From contig CM060734.1 in NCBI GenBank assembly GCA_030704615.1, positions 21,018,001-21,082,000 on the forward strand: a DNA stretch of 64,000 nucleotides, written 5' to 3'. How positions within the stretch are numbered: the first letter of the stretch is position 1; each line of letters starts with the position of its first letter. A program made the translations under genes and the position numbers. The stretch comes from Takakia lepidozioides (taxonomy: Eukaryota; Plantae; Bryophyta). The notes below the pieces were generated by a model. The model worked only from the letters and a program-made list of their open reading frames with translations. It was not told where the DNA came from and ran no database searches. This document shows, one piece after another, positions 38,904 through 49,791 of the stretch.

Positions 38904-39650
38904 TTAATTCCTTAGCATGGTGCCTGCCTCAAACCAGTACCGTGCAAAATGGTGATCTTCAATGGGTCGGTCATTCGGAAGAACCTTAGTCCGAGTTGCC
39001 ACTGGCAACCAAATGCGCATGATCTGGTAATAGTGTGTCAAAGACTCCGGGGTGAAAGCATGGTAGGGTCGGCCCAAAATGGAAGTCACAGACAGTTTAT
39101 TTTTGCATTTTGTATATATAAGACTCAATGAAGATATTAAGTTGGAATTTTTTATGGGTTATAAAGCAAAATCTAGACCATTGTTGACGTTTCCAACATA
39201 ATGAAATTTGAATCAGAGAAATCTGACAAGATTTGAAAGTCCATATAAGTCCATGAGTGCATGAAGCTTGTGCGGTCTCAATGGGTGATATGCCCTTCAT
39301 GGACTCATTGGGAAATGAATCCGACATCCATTGTAGATGGAAAATTTAACCACCTTCATTGATCTCCCTTGTTATATGAAATCTGGTTCAAAGGTCAAAA
39401 TTTCCTCCCCTACAAGTTTTAGACGTAATTAAATATTTATAAATTTCGTGAATTAGCACATCGATTTTGGACATGCAATCTTCATTATTTTTTATATCTC
39501 CTTTCACAATAAGATGGATTGAAAGCTTATGGAGGGAAACATGCCTACAAAATTTAGACTTGAACCCACCTATGAAGACTTGCAAATTTTCAATCTATGA
39601 ATTGATGTCAATAAACGGTGAGATTGATAAATAAACTTAGGGAGGTAGCA
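38904..39650 (-). pseudogene. Degenerate coding remnant, possibly HUH endonuclease (Replitron/CRESS Rep-like)
   Basis: Reading through stops gives LSIHLIVKGDI...HITREINEGG*IFHLQW, resembling HUH motif II. No YxxK motif found. Confidence 0.25.
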
Positions 39651-39655
39651 TGATA

Positions 39656-41588
39656 TCATATGTATGTAGTCTTCAAGGTTTCACAAATAGGTTTGTCTAA
39701 AAATACATTGTCCATGAAAGTGGAGTCGAGGACTCCCAGATTCTGCCAGTTTTGGGTGGACCCTATCCTGCATTGACCCTCTGGAGGACTGAATTCTTTC
39801 CAAGCCAAATCCATAACAATGGGAATTTGGTTGAAGGGCATAATCATAGTCCGATTGTATTCAAGTGCAGCAGGAGTAGTAGGTGGGTTAAAAGAAGCAT
39901 CACCCCAAACCTCAGATTGTTGTAGTGCCATGGTATCAACACTGGCAACCTGGTGTGATTGCTGTGATAGTGGTGTCACTGTCCCTCCTGATGTTGGCAA
40001 GTCTTGCACCTCATGTGCTGAAGATTGGAAAATCAGAGTCCTTGCGTGCAAATAAGTGGCCACCAGTTGTTCCTCAGGAACAAAGGCCCTTTTGTCAATG
40101 TTGGAGCTCAAGTCATCCACTTGAGTCTGCAGCCCTTCCACATCCTCCTGCAACTCAGCTATTCGACTATAGACATTGTCTATAGTGGTTGTGGCAATGT
40201 TCTGCACTCGTAGCCTGGATCATTCATTTCATCTTGGGTGAGCTTTCTTGGTGCCTTTCCGTCCACTGGTCCTTGTGTTAACCACTCTTGCAAAAGATGA
40301 TTATCCACCTAACACCACGGAGATCTTGCTCCTCCTTGAGTTTGTACGTGTCCAACTATTGCTGTAAAGTCTCCATGCGCTTCGCATGGGGTTCAACCAG
40401 AGCTGCATAGGTAGCAGACAGATTATTGGCTTCTTTCCAAGCCTTGTCAGTTACAGAAAGCTCATTCTCCCATACTGTGAGTGTTTGCTGCAACTCAAGG
40501 ATGTACCTGTCCTTCTAGGCATCGACCTGATGGTACTACTGAAAGATATCCTCATTGCGACAGATAGTAGCCTTCATGTCAGCAATGAGCTCCATTGACT
40601 CTGCCTCCGCCATTAAACATCTCTCACCTTGGTTCTTAACTTCTAGTGCAGTCAGCTCCAGAGTAGTTGTTAGTGTGACAAACTGTATGGTCATTCTCTG
40701 ATGGACTGCTTCCAACTCTGTATGAAGCAACTTCACTTCCTGCAACTTGCCTTCATGCTTCACCTGCAATTGGTATAGCTGTTGCTTATGTACTTCATGC
40801 AACTTCTCCTACTCCAGACCTGCTTCAATCAAATTTTCCTTTGCCAGCTGTAGGGCAGCTCTAGTGTCCTCCAACTCTTTCTGCAACTTGAGGTTGGCTT
40901 CCACATCCACCTTATTTGCACACTTAGTGACAATTCTTGCCTCAAACTCTTGTTTGAGCTCCTCCCGCAATGCTGCCAATTGTGTGGAAGGAACATGAGT
41001 CTTGACATAGGTGCCCAACAAATTAAGTGTCATGCTTATGGAACTCATAAGCATGGCCTGCTGCGGGTCTTCATGGAGAACTTGCTGTTGTTCTTCCTGA
41101 TTCTCCAAGGTTTGATGTTTCACAAACCAGTCAGGCCATGATCCCACATGATCTTCTTCCTGAACAACCTCATCTTCCATAGGTGATGCAGTTCCCTTGC
41201 CCTCTACCCCTTTAACCTCCGCCACAGGTTTGGGGATAACTTGCACAGCAGGGATTTCCTTGGTCAGACTCTGCATCTTTGGTACTATTGGTTCTCCGAC
41301 CATGCCAGAGTTTTCATAGAGAAGGTCACCCTTCTCAATTTCTGCCACTACTTGCTCTGTTGTGGGGATGTCCAACCCCTCTCCCTCCATAGTATGAGGC
41401 TCCGGTGTAACAACATGTCCAATCTGAGTTACCCCTAGGGCAACCGAGTGAGCTGGCTGTGGTGGCTGTGGTACTGAGGTGACTTCTTCCTCCCTCTTTG
41501 AAGGCCGTGCTTCCAGTAATAACAGCCCCTTGTGCTGCCGCTCCTCATCTTGCACAGGAGCTATGGAAACATCATCATGTGGATTCCT
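39656..41588 (-). pseudogene. C-terminal acidic/coiled-coil part of the retrotransposon 3' extra ORF
   Basis: Near-contiguous Q/E-rich heptad ORFs 40809-41555, 40536-40802 and 39656-40207. Its end (GQCRIG) is homologous to 63727-63806 and 54547-54610. Confidence 0.55.
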
Positions 41589-41796
41589 TAGCTCTACTTC
41601 TTACGCAGTGGCGCAAGGAAGGTTGAGAGTACCTTCTCTCTCACCCACTATTTGCAAGCCCCGCAGGCTTACACTCACTTGTCTGTTCCATTCTGTGCTA
41701 ACCACACATTCATGCTTTACGCCTTACAAGCTTTCCTACAGCTATTCCAAACAAGGCCTTCTTGTTTGTCCAGGATTAAGAGAATTAGAGAGATGG

Positions 41797-42523
41797 TGTC
41801 GCGGCCCTTTGCCTTGAGGGCAGGGGGTCGGGACACATGAGGGGCTGCCCCTGTGGTGGGGGCAGCGGCAGCGATAGGTATGGGGGACTGAAGCACCCTT
41901 GAGTGCCCAAGGCACTCAGGGAAGCGGAGGCGCTCACTAGGTGGAGCCCCGCACACCGGGTTGCGGTGGGGGTGGCTCCACAAGGGGTGGTGGTAGCTTA
42001 GCGGGACTTAGTGGGGGTGGCATAGGACTCACCATGGGGGCGGAGAACTCGTGGTGGGAGTCGTGGGGAGTCTTGGGACTCATCACAGTCCATAGGGGCC
42101 GTGGTGAGTGGGCCAAGACTCACCGCGACTCATCACCGGGAGTCGAGGGTTTTCGTGGTGGTTCGCCATAAAATGGCATGGCTGGTTGTGAAACCCCCGC
42201 GGACAGCTACAGAAGTATATATAGGGAGTAGTAACCCCGAGAACGGTGCAAGCCCGTTGGTGACCAAAAACTAGTGAGTAAGCGAGCGAGCCGGAAAGCG
42301 ACCAAAGAGTGGGGAGTGGTTCCGGACTGCCAACTACCAAAGGGAATTCCCGCTGGTTCCAAATCAGTGGAGGGTTCTTTGGGAGAACAAAGGGGGACCG
42401 TTATGCCCCGGTGAGCAGCCGAAGCTCCAAGTTGGCCCGGCGGCCAGGTTGGGAGTCAGGCGCGCGCATCAAAGCGAGTAACTATGACTTGAGGGGGAGC
42501 TTGCCGAAGTGAGGTGCGCGACA
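41797..42523 (+). repeat. Chromovirus 5' LTR
   Basis: About 7 substitutions relative to the 3' LTR by eye; TATATATA at ~42216. Confidence 0.97.
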
Positions 42524-42525
42524 CT

Positions 42526-42537
42526 TGGTATCAGAGC
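42526..42537 (+). promoter_or_regulatory. PBS TGGTATCAGAGC (initiator tRNA-Met)
   Basis: Canonical sequence 2 bp after the LTR. Confidence 0.95.
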
Positions 42538-42578
42538 TTAGAGTTCAGTACGCGATCGTCCTTGGGATTGGCCTCATC

Positions 42579-44315
42579 ATGGGGTCGGGCAAGCCGAAGC
42601 GAAAGCGGAACGGCCCAAAAGATGATGATCCTGGTGAGCCCGATGGGGGCGACGTGTCACCGAGGCGGCCGTTTGAGGAAGCGATGCATGTTTCCGAAAA
42701 CGAGGCCGCTCAAGAGCGGGAGGAATCCGAGGAATCCTTGAGAGCTCCGACAAACCAAGAGATGCCTCCCATGCCGGCAGCCTTTTGGGAAGGGTTGTTG
42801 GCGCAGTTTGGCGGGACGTTGAAAGACGTGTTGAAGGCGGCTAATGCCACTTCCACTAAGGCAAAGTTTAAGGTGAAGCCTAAGGAACCCGGCACCTTCA
42901 AGGACGTCCGAAATCGGAAGGCACTCAACACCTGGCTCCTGGAGCTAGAGCAGTACTTCCGGGCGGCCAAGTTGAGTGACGAGGATCGGGTGGAAGTGGC
43001 TCCCACCTATTTGAGGGGCTATGCTCAACAATGGTGGCAGAAACGCCTTCACGACCAAGGTCCAAGCCCGGAAACCTTGAACTGGAGTGGGTTCAAGGAA
43101 TTGATGAAGAGACAGTTTGTGCCCCTCAACGCGTCCTGGCTTGCCCGGGACAAGATGAGGAATTTGAAGCAAACAGATGACATTCGGGGGTATGTCCAGG
43201 CTTTCAATGTGCTGTTGCTCGAAGTCACGGACATGGCAGAACCAGAAATGGTCTTCAACTTTGTGGCGGGACTGGCCCCATGGGCCAGGCAGAAGTTGGA
43301 GGAGAAGCCACCCAAGACTTTGAACGAGGCAATTGAGAGGGCTGAATGTTTCTCGGATGTCCCTAGGGGTGAGAGACAAGGCCGTACGGAGCTGAACCAC
43401 AAGAAGACCCGGCGGGAAGATGACTCCTTCCGACCGGAAAAGAAGTGGGATAGGCCACGCGGCGACAATGGCACTTGGAAATCGAAGGGAGGGCCTTCAC
43501 ACGTCAAGGTGGCACCCGGTGCTTCGAAAGGAAAAGCGGGTGGAGCGGCTTATGGCGGACAGAAGGCGACCTTTGATGGAGTGTGTTTCAATTGCGGGGA
43601 GCCCGGGCACATGGCCAAGAAGTGCACGAAACCTCGACAATTGAACATGACTCGGGCAACCACGGAGCTGTCGGAAGATACCATCAGTCGCTTGGTGGAA
43701 GCGGTGGTCGCCAGGACTTGCAAGGTAGGAAACTATTCTTGTGAGTTGTATCAGGAAACTGGCGCCCTGCGTAAAGGGAGTCAGTTATTGTTCGTGGATG
43801 GGATAATATCCGGAACTAACGTGTCGTTGTTGGTGGACACAGGAGCGTCGCACTCCTTCATGACGCCGGTGGCGGCGCGAAAGTTGGGACTCCCGACAAG
43901 TGACGTGGGGGCCTCTATTGAGGTACGTTCTGCCAAAGGAGAACCACAGATGGCGACAAGGTTGGCGTTTGATGTTCCTCTTCAACTGGGGAGTTGGGAG
44001 GGATGTGAGAACTTCACCATCTGCGAGATCGATGAAGTGGATCTCATATTGGGGATGACCTTTTTGAGCAAATCCGGAGCGGTCATAGATGGCCGCAAGA
44101 GAGTAGTCACGCTGCCATGTGGGAATGGCGGCGAGGTTTTACGAGTGTCGGAAACGCCCAAATCCGTGGGAGGGCGAATAAACCTTCTGTCAGCAAGGGA
44201 GTGGGCCGTGGAGGAGGCACACGAGCCCCAATTTTTGCTTTACATTAGAGAAGTGAAAGGAGCGACGGTGGCCGACGCACGAGAAAGAGATGAAGGCGGT
44301 GGTGCACTGTCTTGA
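42579..44315 (+). CDS. gag: Chromovirus Gag-protease, uninterrupted ORF
   Basis: Gag core WLLELEQYF...LKQTDDIRGYV, knuckle CFNCGEPGHMAKKC and protease LVDTGASHSF. Ends shortly after the out-of-frame deletion junction at ~44260. Confidence 0.92.
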   Translation: MGSGKPKRKRNGPKDDDPGEPDGGDVSPRRPFEEAMHVSENEAAQEREESEESLRAPTNQEMPPMPAAFWEGLLAQFGGTLKDVLKAANATSTKAKFKVKPKEPGTFKDVRNRKALNTWLLELEQYFRAAKLSDEDRVEVAPTYLRGYAQQWWQKRLHDQGPSPETLNWSGFKELMKRQFVPLNASWLARDKMRNLKQTDDIRGYVQAFNVLLLEVTDMAEPEMVFNFVAGLAPWARQKLEEKPPKTLNEAIERAECFSDVPRGERQGRTELNHKKTRREDDSFRPEKKWDRPRGDNGTWKSKGGPSHVKVAPGASKGKAGGAAYGGQKATFDGVCFNCGEPGHMAKKCTKPRQLNMTRATTELSEDTISRLVEAVVARTCKVGNYSCELYQETGALRKGSQLLFVDGIISGTNVSLLVDTGASHSFMTPVAARKLGLPTSDVGASIEVRSAKGEPQMATRLAFDVPLQLGSWEGCENFTICEIDEVDLILGMTFLSKSGAVIDGRKRVVTLPCGNGGEVLRVSETPKSVGGRINLLSAREWAVEEAHEPQFLLYIREVKGATVADARERDEGGGALS

Positions 44316-45995
44316 GCTTTGGCGCCACTATGTTGGTTCCAACCCAGTGAAGGTGTTCACGGACAATGTCACGGTGAAGTATTTTGCCACGCAGCCCAAG
44401 TTGTCCCCAAAACAACTTAGGTGGCAAGATACTTTGGCAGTGTTCGACGTGGATATCCAGTATAAACCGGGACGAGACAACGTGGTAGCCAATGCTTTAA
44501 GTAGAAAGCAGCAGCTCTTGTTGGTGTACAAGGGCGAGACGGCGCTCCAAAGGAAGATCCGAAAGGCTTGCCGGAAGGATGAGCTGGCAAAGTCCGTGAT
44601 GCAGGACTTGAGGATGGGGGTTAAATCGCAGTTCCGCTTGCAAAATGGACTGCTCCGGTATAAGCAAAAACGTCTCTACGTGCCGAAGGGAGGGATCAGA
44701 GATAGTCTCTTGAGAGAATGCCATGATAGCCCGCTTGCGGGCCACGGCGGAGCCAAGCGCACCGCGACACTCTTGAAGAAAGAGTATTTCTGGCCCAAGC
44801 TGAGGGAGGAGGCAGAGGAGTATGTCAAGACATGCACCACATGCCAACAAAACCGGAGCGAGTACAAAAAGCAAGCGGGGCTGTTACAACCCTTGCCGAT
44901 TCCAGAGGGGACTTGGGAAAGCGTCTCGATGGATTTCATGATTGCTATGCCGCTGTCAAAAGGATTCGATGCAATCATGGTGGTGGTGGATAGGTTCAGT
45001 AAATGGGCCATTTCATCCCCACCAAGGAGACGGCAACGGCGTAGGAGACAAGGCGACTTTACTTCGCCCACGTCTTAAAGCATCATGGAGTCCCGAAGGA
45101 TATTGTCTCGGACCGCGATTCAAAGTTTACGAGTAAATTTTGGAGGGCACTTTGGAAGAAGATGGGGACGAGGCTGAAGATGAGCACCGCCTTCCGACCT
45201 ACGACCGACGGCCAAACAGAAAGAGTGAATTCCGTAGTGAAGCAGATCTTGCGGAATTACGTGTCGGCAGACCAAACAGACTGGGTGGAACACTTAGACG
45301 TGACAGAGTTCTGTTATAATAACACAGAACACTCCGCAACGGGAGTTTTCCCCTTCGTATTGGTCTATGGAAAAGCACCTCTGGTGCCAACAAGTTGGGC
45401 CGCCCAGGACGTTGAGGAACCGGCAGTAGCGGCAGTACCGGAAGAACGCGAGCGTTTGTTGAAGCTCGCAAAGTACAACATTGCCAAAGCTAGGAAACGG
45501 TATGAAAGGCAGGCGAATCGGAAGCGGAGGGAAGTGAAGTTTGAGGCAGGCACAGAAGTCTGGTTGAACATCAAGAATTTCCGACTACCTCCGGAAGTGA
45601 GTCCAAAGTTCGTACCTCCGTATGCGGGACCCTTTTGCATTCGGAAGGTTATGAATGAGGATGTGTATGAATTGGAGCTGCCGGCAAACAGCAAGGTGCA
45701 CCCAGTATTCCATGTCTCGCTTTTGAAGCCTTACTTCAAAGATGAAGCGTGTCCGAATCGGCATCAAGTGTTGCGTCCGCCACCTATGCTGTTGGATCAT
45801 GAAAATGAACCTGAGTACGAGGTGGAGGCAATACTTAAGTCGAGGAGGTTCAAGAACCGAGAAACGGAGTATCTCGTCAAATGGAAGGGCTATCATCTTG
45901 TGGAGGCATCTTGGGTGCGTGCCTCAGAAATGGGAAACGCATCCGAAGCGGTTGCAGCTTTCGAAGGACGACCTCAAAAGCGGAAGAAGCGTTGA
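44260..45995 (+). pseudogene. pol: RNase H C-terminal half, integrase and chromodomain
   Basis: ERRWPTHEKEM; HDSPLAGH...CTTC; SMDF, VSDRD, GQTERVN; AGPF; chromodomain YEVEAIL...YLVKWKGY...SW. One frameshift at ~45005 and one TAG at ~45042. Confidence 0.93.
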
Positions 45996-46901
45996 TGGGG
46001 ACATCAACCTTGGAGCGTGGGGGAGGAAATGCATGCTTAGCCCGGCTTAGCTAGCTTAGGAATCCGATTGCAAAAAAACTTGTATTGTACAAAACGTGCT
46101 ATAAATGAAATGGCTTCCAAATGTTGTGCGTCCTATTTTGTTTGGAATGGTGATGCATGGTATGGTTGGCTAGTGTGTAGAATGCATGCTAGCTTATAAA
46201 AGTGGGAGAGGTAAATTGGGTTAATCGTGTGTTTGCGTAGTGCCGAAATCGGGTGACCCCCATCCAAAGGGCAAGGAAACTTGCACCTTCTTTGGGAGTT
46301 CACGTGCTAGTGCGCACCTGGCGCGTGCGCGTACTATAACTGCGCTACCGAGGGGGTTGCCTTGTAGTGCGGGCTAACGCGGAAGCTACGTGCTTCCGTT
46401 CACGTACTATAATCGTGTAGCCTCGGGACGAAGTCGTAGTGCGGCTTCGGCGTGTTCTCGTACCTCAGGCCAGCATTCTAAGGCGGACCCAATTGTAGTG
46501 ATTGGGGCGCATGGTTGGTTCAAGGTTATCTTCCTCGTCAAAGAGGGTTCCAGGGAACCCTTGCTCAAGGTGATGCCAAAAGCGGCATCATGAGCAGTCG
46601 CAAGCAATGTTGTTGCAGTAAGGCGATTCGATCCTCGGGGAGGATCGTTCCTTGGCCTTGAAGTAGGCCAAGAAGAGTGCACTGGGAGGAGCTGGAGAGG
46701 CTCCACCCTTGGCCGGGACTTGGAGGAAGTCGGCCGAACTAGCTAGTGGAGAGTAGAGTCAAGTGTGGGGTTTGGTTCTTTGCCATGGGACGCCATGGTA
46801 CGGAAACAAACTCCTTGATGTGGGACGCCACAACTTGGATGTTCGTTTCTACAAAATGGACAAGTCAATGAGGACATCGACTCCCTGTTGGTAGGGGTGT
46901 G

Positions 46902-47628
46902 TGTCGCGGCCTTTTGCCTTGAGGGCAGGGGGTCGGGACACATGAGGGGCTGCCCCTGTGGTGGGGGCAGCGGCAGCGATAGGTATGGGGGGCTGAAGCA
47001 CCCTTGAGTGCCCAAGGCACTCAGGGAAGCGGAGGCGCTCACTAGGTGGAGCCCCGCACACCGGGTTGCGGTGGGGGTGGCTCCACAAGGGGTGGTGGTA
47101 GCTTAGCGGGACTTAGTGGGGGTGGCATAGGACTCACCATGGGGGCGGAGAACTCGTGGTGGGAGTCGTGGGGAGTCTTGGGACTCATCACAGTCCATAG
47201 GGGCCGTGGTGAGTGGGCCAAGACTCACCGCGACTCATCACCGGGAGTCGAGGGTTTTCGTGGTGGTTCGCCATAAAATGGCATGGCTGGTTGTGAAACC
47301 CCCGCGGACAGCTACAGAAGTATATATAGGGAGTAGTAACCCCGAGAACGGTGCAAGCCCGTTGGTGACCAAAAACTAGTGAGTAAGTGAGCGAGCCGGA
47401 AAGCGACCAAAGAGTGGGGAGTGGTTCCGGACTGCCAACTACCAAAGGGAATTCCCGCTGGTTCCAAATCGGTGGAGGGTTCTTTGGGAGAACAAAGGGG
47501 GACCGTTATGCCCTAGTGAGCAGCCGAAGCTCCAAGTTGGCCCGGCGGCCAGGTTGGGAGTCAGACGCGCGCATCAAAGCGAGTAACTATGACTTGAGGG
47601 GGAGCTTGCCGAAGTGAGGTGCGCGACA
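46902..47628 (+). repeat. Chromovirus 3' LTR, preceded by PPT GGTAGGGG
   Basis: Direct repeat of 41797-42523. Confidence 0.97.
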
Positions 47629-48058
47629 GATGGAGGATCTCAGGGTGAAGAGCACGATGATTCTACAGAAGCAGACAATCGCTACACCACAGGCAATGCA
47701 GCTGCTGAAGGAGCTGCGGTTGGAGGGGTTGCTATGCAAAGAGTGGTCTTTGCATCATCGGGGATTGATGATCCAATTCATCCAGAACTTCGAGCCACGG
47801 ACAGGAGTTACCTAGGTAAAGGGCGTAGATATACAGGTTACTCCGCAGTACTTGCACAAACTATTTGAATTGCCATCTGGTAATGTGAGCGTGGATGAGC
47901 ACAGGGCAAGATTGCAAGTAGGGGATCTGTTCCAAGAAACGAGTTTCTTCATGAACCAGGGATTCACTTGCACCAAGGCCGAGTATCCAGGGTTGAGGGA
48001 AATTGGCCAAATACTGAACATTCTGTTTTCCATGAAACAGAACCAACAGTATCTTAGT

Positions 48059-49791
48059 AGTCTGTGATATCCGCCATAGCTACAAAGCTATAGCTTTGAT
48101 TGCCTCTCCCGTCGAGACACTGGTTATCCGGAATAACTCCTATTCTTCCGCTCATAATCTTCTTAATTTCTTGTTCTTGTTTCTTGAATGGAGTCTCTTG
48201 CACGAAATTCACATTGCTGATTGACCGTTGCCTTATTAGGTAACTTCTCGTTTTTACCTTAATCTGTTCACATTCCCGCTTGGAATGACCACTAGGACTG
48301 CATATGTGGCAAAGGTTCCCCTTTGCCGGACGCGTAAAGGGTTCCGTTAACTGTCCTCTTGATGCATTAATGGGCTCGTAATAAGTTTTGGCTGATGTAC
48401 CGGGTAGGTACTTTGACGGCCCTGTTTGTCTTCTTGTGTGATGGCGCCCGTTATTGCAGTACATGCAATGCGGAGTGCTTTGCCCCTCAAGCCACGTGTT
48501 TGAATTCAAACACTCTTCCGTTTCCCTCTGGCTGCGTGGCATACTCTCCGAGTTTGACTTCCAAATAGTCTTTATACTTACTGGCCACTTTACTAACATC
48601 AACTCGTGTCCACCTGTCACTGCCCCTATGGACTGTGCAACCTGTGTGGGCTGTGTCGCCTGTGTCGGGCTGTGACAAACTGTGGTAGGCTATGATATGC
48701 CGTAGTAGGCTGTGGTGGGCTGTGATAGCTGTGTGAACCCCTGTGTTCACTGCTATGGCCATACACATTCGGCTTGATGACAAGTGCTTCATGCTCCACT
48801 GGTGCTACTGGTGTAGCCTGTGACTGCATCGGTGTTTCAAAGATGTAAATCATGCTGCAATGGTCTATCATGGATACCATTGTATCCCTTCAACTTATTG
48901 GCATTGACTCTACCAAGTATCTCTTTGTTAATGATTTGTAACATAACTGTGTTGTTATCATACATCTTCTGTATGACATAAGGTCCTTTCCATGGTGATT
49001 TAAGCTTAGAAGCTGTAATCTTTCCCTTCTTCTGCAACCACAGTACCAAATCACCTGTCTTAAAAGTCTTCAATTTATCTTCATCAAACTGATCCTTCAT
49101 CTTCATCTGAATTCTAGTCATGTTATCTGTTGCATCAACACGTACTTCTTCCACATGATATAATTCATGTTTCCTTACTTTAATTGAATCCTCCAATTCC
49201 ATTCTCCTTCCCCATTCAGTTCTCATGGTAGGTAATAAGAATTCCACTGGAAGTAGAGCTTCCATACCAAAAACTAATTGGAATGGTGTATAATTGGTGG
49301 TGACTTTATATGAAGTTTTGTATGACCACAAAGCTTTCAACAGCTTTGTATCCTAGTCTGTCATGTTTGCATTGACTATCTTAGCCAAGATAGTGCATAG
49401 TATTTTGTTGGTGGCCTCTGTCTGCCCATTGCCCTGTGGGTAATAGGTTGTACTCTTCATGTGCACAATCATGAACTCCTTAGTCAATAGTTCAATGGTC
49501 TCATTAATGAAATGACTTCCCTGGTAACTGATAAATTCCATAGGATAGCCAAATCTCGTGAGAATATTCTTATATAGGAACCTTGCTGTGGACTTAGCTG
49601 TGTTGTCCCTCAGAGCCTTAGCTTCCACCCATTTTGTAGTATAATCAGTAGCTGTGATTATATACTTATTCTGTGTATTTCTGGCTGGTGGATTAATTTG
49701 TCCAACAAAGTCTAATCTCCATTTATGGAATGGTTCAGTAGGCATCGTAGGATGCAAAGCCATCTTCCTAGATATTTGCAAAGGTCCTAGC
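48059..49791 (-). mobile_element. F1 copy B fragment: integrase core/C-terminus and post-INT region
   Basis: Reverse-complement homolog of 15135-16431 ([25 protein letters not shown]); cut at 49791 by the next LTR. Confidence 0.92.

Larger units (their letters stand above)
41797..47628 (+). mobile_element. Chromovirus (Galadriel-like Ty3/gypsy) with intact ends but RT deleted, 5832 bp
   Basis: Two 727-bp LTRs with TGTCGCG...CGCGACA termini. TSD GATGG at 41792-41796 and 47629-47633. tRNA-iMet PBS, PPT, gag-PR, partial RH, INT and chromodomain. RH sequence EKEMKAVVHCL..WRHY...TDNV...KLSPKQ.RWQ is Galadriel-like. Confidence 0.96.
41712..48058 (+). pseudogene. N-terminal part of the F1 3' extra ORF (putative plant transposon protein, Transposase_32-like), split by the chromovirus and locally inverted
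   Basis: MLYALQ...KRIREM joins EDLRVKST... across the insertion. An uninterrupted homolog lies at 52850-53385 on the minus strand. Confidence 0.75.

Noticed and set aside
41717-47617. Antisense and LTR-internal ORFs of the chromovirus
   Set aside because: These are expected by chance in GC-rich sequence and are duplicated only because the LTRs are.
37750-49791. One intact minus-strand F1 element ending at the 37750 LTR
   Set aside because: There is no PPT next to the LTR, unrelated sequence intervenes at 38760-39650, and there is no matching 5' LTR or TSD.
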